A stretch of DNA of 64,000 nt, from positions 71,424,001 to 71,488,000 of the forward strand of contig NC_043002.1 of assembly GCF_006345805.1 (NCBI RefSeq). The letters are read 5' to 3'. The notes beneath the pieces are model-generated. The model made no database searches, was not told where the DNA came from, and saw only the letters and a list, made by a program, of their open reading frames with translations. How positions within the stretch are numbered: the stretch's first letter is position 1; each line of letters starts with the position of its first letter. Of the stretch, positions 54,336 to 64,000 are shown piece by piece. A program made the position numbers and the translations under genes. Source of the DNA: Octopus sinensis. Lineage: Eukaryota.

Positions 54336-55025
54336 ATGTGTGTAGGTCTTTACCTCAATGAGGCCAAGACTGAATACATAAACAAGTGCCTGTCCAACAG
54401 TGATTGCATCATCCATTCTCTCAACAATGCGCCCTCAAATATGGTTTCTGATTACAAATATCTTGGGTCATACATATCATCATCTGGAAAAGACTTTCTA
54501 ACTAGAAAGGGTATGGCCTGGTCAGCCTGTGATGACATGCGTAAGATCTGGACATCAAATCTAAGTAGAGACTTCAAACTTGTAATCTTCAAAGCCACAG
54601 TCGAACCAATTCTACTATATGGCTCAGAAACCTGGACGTTATCAAAGAAGCTTGAGAGGCGGTTGGAGGGAACCTACACTCGCCTCCTTATGAGAGCTCA
54701 AAATCTCTCGTGGAAGCGCCTTCCAACCAAAATGCAAATATATGGGAAACTACCACCTGTGTCATCTCTTGTGAAAGGTAAGAGAGTCCAGTTTGCTGGA
54801 CATTGTTGTAGAGCTGAAAAAGAGGTAATTTCTACTCTTCTCCTCTGGAAGCCATCTGCTCACAATACCAGCGGATGCTCACTCTCCTACCCTGATGTAA
54901 TCTCCAGGGATACAGGCATCCAGCAACAGGACCTCCGTAATGCCATGATGGACCGTGAAGTCTGGCGTAGCATAGTCAATTCCATTGTCTCGACCACGGT
55001 CGAACAATGATGATGATGATGATGT
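54336..55025 (+). mobile_element. RTE-clade LINE 3' end (RT C-terminus, open 224 aa) with (TGA)n tail
   Basis: GLYLNEAKTE..YKYLGSYI..FKATVEPILLYGSETW..RVQFAGHC..DREVWR; tail tgatgatgatgatg. Confidence 0.9.
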
Positions 55026-55349
55026 GATGTTTTCCATACAAATATAACATCGTCTGTATTTTCGGATGCAACTTGGGGTTCCGAGACATCATTAATTGTT
55101 TGTTTATTACGTATTTTGGTGTACTCTCCTACTCCTGGGTTGGATATACATAGCCTTCGATTTGTGTGCGATGACGTAGCGGTCACAAATCCAAAAGAGG
55201 CTGCACTTCATGTCCACAATAGTGTCGTCCTCAAGTCTTCGAAAACATACAAGCTCATAGGCGCATAGGTTTTTCTATATACTGAGCGTTTCATATCCAG
55301 GTCTTTGACATATTTATGTATGATGTATATATGTATGTATGTATGTATG

Positions 55350-55384
<35 letters not shown>

Positions 55385-55520
55385 ATGTATTTATGTATAT
55401 ATGCATGTTTGTGTATACATATAGTTATTTAGATACATGAAAGCAACAGATATCAAATAAAATTTTGTGGACAGGATGAGACAATGAAAAATATAACGTA
55501 TATATGTACATATATATATA

Positions 55521-55602
<82 letters not shown>

Positions 55603-55769
55603 GTGTGTGTGTGTGTGTGTATGTATTTATGTATATATGCATGTTTGTGTATACATATAGTTATTTAGATACATGAAAGCAACAGATATCAAATAAAATT
55701 TTGTGGACAGGATGAGACAATGAAAAATATAACGTATATATGTACATATATATATATATATAATATATA

Positions 55770-55820
<51 letters not shown>
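55385..55820. repeat. Tandem duplication, period 236 bp, microsatellite-bounded
   Basis: An identical ~130-nt unique block starts at 55385 and 55621. Confidence 0.9.
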
Positions 55821-55823
<3 letters not shown>

Positions 55824-56134
55824 GAAATCGTATAAATATAGTGCAAACCGAAATTACCGAACCAAATATGTACAACGAAAATAAACATACAATTGAAAGA
55901 AGATGGGGAGAGATTGAAAGTGAGAGAAGGAGGGAATCAAAATTTTATACATTAAGTTTCCAGATAAAAACAAATTTTAGTGACACACACCACAGCTACA
56001 TACCATTACCTCTTATACATGTCAGTGTGTGTTCGTGCTATTGTGATGCGTGTGTGCTTGTTTGTTTCTCTCTCTCTCTGTATCTAAGTCATGCGGCCAC
56101 CGGTTTATTTCTAGCTCTTTATTTATTTATTTAT

Positions 56135-56432
56135 TTATTTACGCACCCTTTGCAAGCCTAGGCAGGCTCATGGGCCCGGTTTCCCGGCTTCTGTGGCCTA
56201 TGTGTTCCCCCCAGCTGGACAGGACACCAGTCCATCGCAGCGTTACCCAAGAAACAGGAAGGAAGAGTGAGAGAAAGTTGGGGCGAAAGAGTACAACAGG
56301 TGTCGCCACCACCCCCTGCCGGAGCCTTGTGCAGCTTCAGGTGTTTTCCCTCAATAAATACACACAATCCCCAGTCTGGGAATCGAAACCGCGAGTCCGC
56401 TGCCCTAACCACTGGGCCATTGCCCCTCCACT
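56135..56432 (-). mobile_element. tRNA-derived SINE (family of 3960-4262)
   Basis: Minus head gtggaggggcaatggcccagtggttagggcagcggactcgcggtttcgattcccagac. Confidence 0.8.
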
Positions 56433-56829
56433 AGCTGTTTATCATGCATACAATCTATTGGCAGATATCAGCACGATCTGGAAATGTGCTGACGTTATTA
56501 AGAATAACCAAGACATCCCATTAGATTCATTAGTCCCATGTACATTTGGCTGAGGAAACACAAATTAAGTCAAAACACAGAGTGTCCCTGGGTCCCGTTT
56601 CGGTAATGGATCGAGAATGCTTTTAACACATACTCGCCTGAAAATACTTGTTTTCCTCTGCAGAACCATACTCATAAGAACAACCATAACCGAATCTAGG
56701 AAAAATATAACGATTGAATGTTCATGTCGTAACTGCTCACCGTACATATAACGATTTATTGTGTATACATACATACACACACATACATGCATACGTACAT
56801 ACATGCATACATACATACATATGTGACCT

Positions 56830-57015
56830 CATGTGTATCGTTGGTGATTTTCTTTCTCCGTCTTCCCTTCCTTGGATCTTTCCTTTTTCTATGTTTCTGA
56901 CGAAGAGCTCCGCTTGAAACGTCAGAACCTCCTTCTTTCTTTCCTTTCCTGAGCGTCCAATAACACTATACTTGTTCCATATCTTCACGTTGTTGTGATT
57001 TCTCTTTGTTCGTGT
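56830..57015 (+). mobile_element. PLE pseudo-LTR fragment with minimal hammerhead (56893-56928)
   Basis: gttt-CTGACGA-A-gagc tcc gctt-GAAAC GTC-agaac; related to 58695-58920 and 43752-43860. Confidence 0.65.
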
Positions 57016-57045
57016 TTGGATTAACTATACATACATACATACATA

Positions 57046-57800
57046 AAATGTAAACACAATAGACCTGATATAATGATTTCGTGTACATTTGTGGAAATTA
57101 GCTGCCCAGCGGATGTTAACATAAAGCTGAAGATCAAACAAAAGCAGAATACTTACACTGGAAAATTGACAAACGTGTAGATACTCTATCCACACAACAA
57201 GTTCAAGTTCATACCTGTAGTTATTGGGGCACTAGGATGTGTGACACACTGCTTAAATGCCAATTTTGAGAAATTAGGCTTCTCAAAAGCAGAAATGAGA
57301 AAGCTGATTCGAAGACGACAGATCCAGACCTTCACTGGAACTGTAAAAAAATTTGTAAAACTTTCCGGAAGTTTATCATTTAAATGTATATGAGCATGAT
57401 TTAATATGCAACTATATGCATGAGAATACATACATAAAACAAAACATACAAATGTGCAAGTATACATACACATATACATACATATATACATACATACAAA
57501 CGTACATACAAACATACAAACATGCATACATACATACATGCACACATACACAATACATACAAACATACATACATACAAACAAAAATCCCCTGTTGTTGAT
57601 GTTGAAATTGCATCGAAGAAGACTTGGATCTAGGTTAGAAACCTATTCTTTCTCTATTGGCAAGAAATCTTGAAATAAACTGAATAATGACATACATACA
57701 GAACATACATACTTGCAAACATTCAAAAATACCCTGTTGTTGATGTTGACATAGCAATGAAGGAGTCTTCGAACTAGGTTAGAAACCGGCTCTTTCTGTA
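57046..57800 (+). mobile_element. R4/Dong-type LINE 3' end (restriction-like endonuclease) with duplicated 3' UTR
   Basis: KHNRPDIMI..FVEISCPADVNI..K..Y..FKFIPVVIGALG; 'cctgttgttgatgttga...ctaggttagaaacc' at ~57589 and ~57733. Confidence 0.75.
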
Positions 57801-57899
57801 TTGGTAACAGCAATATCATGAACGATTCATCTAATAAAACCCTAGGCTTTAGCCTGTCTACAAGTAGCGCTACCTCATTTCTCTTCCCAACTAACCATG

Positions 57900-58300
57900 G
57901 TAGAACTGAAAACTGCAACCTCAGATCTCGGACAGACTGCCGGCTGCCAGCCCATTGCAGAAGATTTAACGTCGTACACCATCGCACCGTTCACAATATA
58001 GTAAATAACTCCAACAGCTATTATATTGGATCTACCACAAACTCTAAGCAAGGTTATTATGCACATTTAAACTCGTTTAAATATAAAGAGAATATCAATT
58101 CCTCATCACTAGCCAGCCACCATTTGATTAATAGAAAAAATACATTATAGACTATCCTGGACTATAACAGATTCTGGCACTTGTGAACTCTGATTAGAAG
58201 AAGCTCACAAAATTTTAACCCATAACTCGCCACAATTGTTTCACAAACACAAGGAAACGTCCACAACGTGTAAGCACAAATTCTTCCGCACTTTTGAATT
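57900..58300 (+). mobile_element. Naiad/Chlamys-type PLE GIY-YIG endonuclease remnant
   Basis: CNLRSRTDCRLPAHC..NVV..YYIGSTTN..YYAHLNSFKY..SSLASH..LSWTI..TCEL*LEEAHKIL..TCKH, matching the CNC..CPL..C / YIG / CxLC..E / CxH pattern. Confidence 0.75.
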
Positions 58301-58627
58301 CTTCCATAAATCCAAATGTAAATTCACCCCCACGCAAAACAATCACATACATACCTCGATGATCGTTAACACATACCCCTGTATATCTTTTCTATCAACC
58401 TTACCTTTGCATTTTATGAGTTAATTCCTTAATTTATTTAAAAACCTTAACCTAAAAAATCCCCATATATTTAATTCTAACTCTCATTCCTCAATAAATT
58501 AACATTCAACTGGTCTCTCCATTCACGACTACCTACACGCCCACACCCCCATACTTCCATATCTAAAAATATTTCTACAGCTATAGGCTTAACCATAAAA
58601 CGGACACAAGCACTTACAACAAGATTT

Positions 58628-58671
<44 letters not shown>

Positions 58672-58673
58672 AT

Positions 58674-58694
<21 letters not shown>

Positions 58695-58714
<20 letters not shown>

Positions 58715-58920
58715 ATTTATATATAGAGGGAAAGTTTACGAAGAAACAAAAGACGAAGACAGGTGGTATACAAAACAAACATGTATTAGTATAACGCTCA
58801 GGAATAGAAAAAGTCTTTTACGTTTCGAGCCTACGCTCTTCTACAGAAAGGGACACAGAAAAAACAAGGAGAGAAACAAGGAGAGAAAATGTGTGTAGTG
58901 GCTAACGATCTATCATGGCG
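58695..58920 (-). mobile_element. PLE pseudo-LTR with minimal hammerhead variant (58815-58850)
   Basis: Minus: cttt-CTGTAGA-A-gagc gtag gctc-GAAAC GTA-aaag; perfect 4-bp stems I and II, A6>U in the core. Confidence 0.7.
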
Positions 58921-58922
58921 TC

Positions 58923-58973
<51 letters not shown>

Positions 58974-60459
58974 GGGTGGGGGTGAATGTATTTATTTGCC
59001 TAGAAGGGTTATCTCCTAGTCTTAATCTTACTATACGCTTTTGCTATATCCCAACACCTATAGTAACAAATATGCACTAGGTCATACCACAAACTCTAAG
59101 CAAATAAATATATGAACATTCGGACTAGTTAGGAATCCTAACGCTAAGTCATCCATCTTTTGCTTTTTAATATTGAACATTACAGACAACCTATAATTTA
59201 ACCAAAAAGCAATGAGCAACATATTAATATATAATCGATATATTTTAATCAATTTGATTCTAAAACTGAACTTTCTGCATCAGTTTAAGAGAATATGGAG
59301 AAAAAAATGTATTAAAAACAGCCGATTACAGATACTTCCCGTCTCAATTTAAAGCTAAAATAAATATTCAGTGATTTCTTTTGAGAAATTATGAGAAAAC
59401 CATAACAGAACAGCTTTTTAGATTTTAATACTCTAATACTCTTAGCAGGGAATTAGTTCAGTTAGACTGTCTATTTTTTATACATTTTCTCTGCGTTTAT
59501 GTGAGTGTGTGTGTGTGTGTGTGTTGTGTGTGTGTGTGTGTTTGTGTCTGTGCGTGTGTGTGTGTGTGTATTGAGAGGCTGCTTTGAATCATAGGAAGCA
59601 TATACTTATTCTGACAAACGGAAATTAAGAAATTTCCTTGATTTTTAAGAATATCTAGGAAGCAGAAGATGAAGAGATATAGTTTAATAAATTCTAAGTA
59701 TTATTTGAAGATAAATTCGCAATTTTGAAACTGACTTTTCTTTCTCGAAAATTTTCTGAAGATTTCTTGAAGATAATTCAAGATGAAGGAATCACTGACT
59801 AGTAATTCGAGTGCTAAAAATAATAGTTTTAAATCTCGACACCAGGCTAGAAATTTGTAGGTAGGGAAGGATTAATTAGTCGAATATATTCACTCTGCTG
59901 CTCAACTGTTACTTTTCTGTTTTGTTTTGTTTTTGTTTTTTTTATAGCGGCATGTTACCGACCCCAAAAGGAGGAAAGCCAAATTTGATTTTTGGCGGTT
60001 TTTGGAATTACTAGAAATTATGCTTTGAAATTTTGGACCAAGGCCAGCAAATCGGATAGGGTTAGTGGAATACATTATTCCCACTGCCCATCTGGAAATA
60101 ATTTTACCGCCCCGAAATTATGTCAAGTGTTGACGACGTTGGTGGTATTTGAAACCAGAGACTAAAGAGCCATATGAAGTTCTGCTAACGATTTTGTCCG
60201 ACTCTCTAACGATTCCTTGGATTCTCTGCCTTAATTTTTCAATAAATAATAATAATAAAACACTTCAACTTACACACTGTAATCTTAAAAATTGAGGAGT
60301 CCATTGGATAATGTCGCCCTTACTGTATTGCATTTGACTGTAGTATATTGCCAAAGTGTCATTCTGTAATATCTGGTATTGTGCTGTATTTTTAAAAAGA
60401 AACAAAAATATATTGATGAACTGATATTGTTATATATTCTCCGAATTACACCTCCTATA

Positions 60460-60990
60460 TTATTTACATTATTTAGATTATTTACATTCGACGGATATTT
60501 GTCCTCTTCTTGTTTGTTGTTAAATGTAAAAAATAGAAACTACGTCCCCCTGTGGGATGAAGTTAAAATAATAGACAGAGAACATGACTGGAAAATACAA
60601 CTAAAAGAAGCAGCACATATGATAGGACACAACAATCTCCTAAGCAGAGTGAGTGCAGATATGATCAGTATATGGAAACCGGTATTTAAGGATAGAAAAA
60701 TATTCGATCTATAAGCCCTAAAATTCACTCCATAATTGCCCACGGGCATCTGGCGTAGTGGTTAAGAGCGCGGGCTACTAACGCAAAGATTCCGAGTTCG
60801 ATTCCAATAACAGCAACATCGACAAAAATACCCTAGGAATTCGAACCCAGGTTCGAAATTTCCCCAAGAAACTTGAAGAAGGCTGGAGGGTATATCAACC
60901 AAAATGTTAGTCTTAACATCAAACAAGATGAGGACAAATATCCGTCGAATGTAAATAATGTACATAATTCCCCATCTCTTAAATATATAC
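60460..60990 (+). mobile_element. PLE 3' end: inverted tail, GIY-YIG C-terminus, tRNA-like segment, decayed hammerhead
   Basis: VPLWDEVKIIDREHDWKIQLKEAAHM; tRNA-like 60744-60808; HHR remnant 60866-60915; 60461-60523 is the reverse complement of 60913-60968. Confidence 0.8.
60744..60808 (+). promoter_or_regulatory. tRNA-like Pol III internal promoter (A and B boxes)
   Basis: tggcgtagtgg (60751-60761) and gagttcgattcc (60794-60805); no intact acceptor stem, so not called as a tRNA gene. Confidence 0.6.
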
Positions 60991-61299
60991 TTGCTACACT
61001 CTTTTCATAACAGCAATTGTCTCTATAAAATTCTATAACCAGAATTGTTTACGTTCACATTTACCATCACCCGTCTTTTATAGACTATTTTATGAAAAAC
61101 AAATTCGGTTAGTTATTGATTTAAGTTATGCTCCCCTGCAGATAGATGTGTTTGTGTGCACGAATACTAAAAATCACGACAAAAAGTATGCACGAAAACT
61201 GGAAAAGATACACTTTTATTTCATTCTATGAAATGAAAACAAAGAGAAATTATAAGAATTCATACTCTCATCAATGGAAGTAACAAAATATACAAATCA

Positions 61300-62050
61300 C
61301 TATAGAATATACTCAAAGCCCACTCCCGTTTTAGATATCCTATGTATTTAATTCAACGACCGAACAGAAACATAGATATACTTCAAAACTACGAGCACCA
61401 TACATTAACTAAAGTCCACTTCGTGCCATCCGAAACACCGGAGTAAATGTATTTTATTATCAAAGAGAATCTGTATAATGGTCGCCGAGTCAAACATCCG
61501 TGACATAAATCTTTGTGAAGTTGGAGATACACTCCTAAACAGGAATTATCCACCATCCTTAATCTATAATGGAATAGAATTCACCAAGAAAATCAATATC
61601 ATTGTACTAAGTCAAACAAAGAGATGTATTGGAATTGAAAATTTTACCTTATATTTCCACCTAAAATGCTAGAAACAATAAAGAGCAAAAGACAAGGAAA
61701 ACAAATATTAACAAAGGGAAAGATATGCACAATAACAAGAAAATGAACGAAAAATGTGCAGAAGATCTTAATGTGGTATATGTTTAAATCTGTCAGAAGA
61801 ACCGACGGTCCGTTTTAAATAAGGACGACTTGACAGAATATAAACAAATCTTACCCATACACTTGAAACTATAATCTATGCAATTACAGTTCACGATTTT
61901 GAAAATATATGAAGAGCAAACCGGTATGTATTTAAGATAACGTATGTCTCTCCATAGACCTCAGATAAGAATAACGGAGTATAAGTATAGACAAATACAA
62001 CTCTGTGAACATATAGAAACATGTGTCGGTAGAAATTTAACAATTTTGAC
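61300..62050 (+). mobile_element. Heavily decayed PLE RT C-terminus/endonuclease remnant
   Basis: ctcccgttttagatatcc (P.LDI), ..YFKTTST..SCHPKH.., NRNYPPSLI; no long ORF. Confidence 0.55.
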
Positions 62051-63446
62051 GCTCTTCCTATTATATCAATTTGCCCATAGTGCAACAGCAACACGTCAAC
62101 AAGGAGATATCCTTTCTGACAACATACCGATCACTTCTAAACCACTGTAGATGAGAAAAAAATAACCATTTCTAGTAAAATCGTTACTGCTGCAGCTCCT
62201 ATTGTCACTTCAGATGCCACTCTTTCTGTTAAAACAACTGTTGCTACGGCTACTACTGCCTCTCCTGCTACTGAAGGAGACAGACAAATGACTGTATACA
62301 GTTACAGCTTCTATTTTCACCGATAGTACAACGTCTGTTGCTTGAACTAGTACTGCCGCTTCTACTAGTGACGCTGTTAAAGACTCTAATACAACAATGA
62401 CCATAGTTGCCACTAATACTGCCACCAGAGCCATACAGTCTCTACAAGTAATAGCCACTCATTAATGAGACATTGAAAGTAAGGGAAAATAGAAACTATT
62501 TAAAGTTTTACGACTGCTGTTATGATCCAGAAACTACTAGTAGGAGGCTAGCGACGAGCACCGTGTACATTTTATAAGAGAGACACATGAACTCCCAAAA
62601 CTGATGTCATAAACGATTAGTTTATCTCATTTTCTTACATTTTCATGTAGCATGACTAAATTGCTTAAAAGAATTGAAACCAGTGGCATATGCTTATAAA
62701 AATGTAAACATGCTTTCTTTTGATTTATAATAAAATTCTAAAAAAATGTTTTCCCATATGGCTTTTGAGAGTATACTCATATACACACACAAAGAGAAAT
62801 ACATATATACACCTTCACCTGGTACATGTATTGGGGTCAAGTTGGATCAAATCGTATGATATTATTTTGTCGTGTGTATCTTCAAGATGGTGAAAGAAAA
62901 CAATATAGCACGAATTTTTATCTTCACATAGAAACGCATTCTTTTACTAAAATAAGGAATGTCAATAACTCTGTAATTCATCAATGTCATAGGAAGGAAG
63001 CGATGAATTAATCAGACGGGAATTTATTTACTGACGATCCAAATCAGATATAAATAATCAACGTTTCAATGCTATATGTATACAACGAAGAAAGTACTTC
63101 AACGTTCTCGAGAGATGAAAAACTTAGAAGTGATGTACAATGAATTACTAGGAATAGATTCTTTGCTAACCATAAATCTATTTCTAAAATTTTAATCAGC
63201 TGTGCAAATTAAATAACTGCTGGTAAAATCTTAACTCTCGTGCCACACCGATCAACAAAACAGACAAGAAAGCTACTAAACGTTAAGAGAAAACCTAAAT
63301 CATAGTCACATCCATATACCCAAATAATCGCACATAAGCACATATATATGTATCTATATGTATAAGTAAATATATATGGGTATATGTATATATATGTGTG
63401 TGTGTGTCTGTGTATATATATATACACACACCACACACACACACAC

Positions 63447-63485
<39 letters not shown>

Positions 63486-63659
63486 TTATATACATATATA
63501 TATATATTATATATATATATATATGTATGTACACACAGTGAAAATAATGAGGGTAGAAAATTTAGAGAAATTTTCCTACCGGTGGCCAACATGCGTAATA
63601 AAGTCAATAGACAACATATTTTTCATATGAAATAATGTGTATACGTATGGTATTTTATA

Positions 63660-63756
<97 letters not shown>

Positions 63757-63800
63757 TGTATGTATGTATGTATGTATGTATATATATATATATATATATA
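63660..63800. repeat. (TA)n/(TATG)n microsatellite
   Basis: Directly visible. Confidence 0.95.
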
Positions 63801-64000
63801 ATATATATATCCATACATATACATAAATATATGCATGCATGTATGCATCTATAAATGTGTATTATGTACGTGTGTATGTACTATAGGTGATGAAATGCTC
63901 AAATACTGTTTCCGTAGTTTCTTCTTATGTTTCGTCAATCCTATTTTCTGAAACCAATGAAAGACACCAACTGTAATGCAATAGAAACGTTTTCCACCTG

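Noticed and set aside
57589-57800. Two related ~70-bp units with 'atgaagg...agaaaccgg' that resemble a CRISPR repeat or hammerhead
   Set aside because: Only two diverged units in a LINE 3' UTR; no CUGANGA-like core with matching stems; eukaryotic context and no cas genes.

Overview
AT-rich, microsatellite-dense eukaryotic genomic DNA. The SINE families and repeat landscape point to a coleoid cephalopod, most likely Octopus (recognised from memory, no search run). I cannot confidently identify any intact host protein-coding gene. Most ORFs in the supplied track are microsatellite artefacts or transposon remnants, and there are only weak candidate exons near 3.4-4.5 kb. The window is dominated by decayed mobile elements: tRNA-derived SINEs, a full-length Tc1 (DD34E, ~200-bp IR/DR ends), three mariner relics, a pogo-like MITE, Helentron/HINE-like elements, RTE and R4/Dong-type LINE fragments, and many Penelope-like element (PLE) pieces (RT plus GIY-YIG). 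The most notable signal is that most PLE-related pieces form inverted (foldback) structures and carry type I hammerhead-ribozyme (HHR) motifs of at least four distinct families. These include an apparently intact extended HHR in a 330-bp foldback, a four-copy minimal HHR with a compensatory U3:A8 core pair, and an HHR remnant just downstream of an internal tRNA-like Pol III promoter. All identifications come from manual reading and translation.
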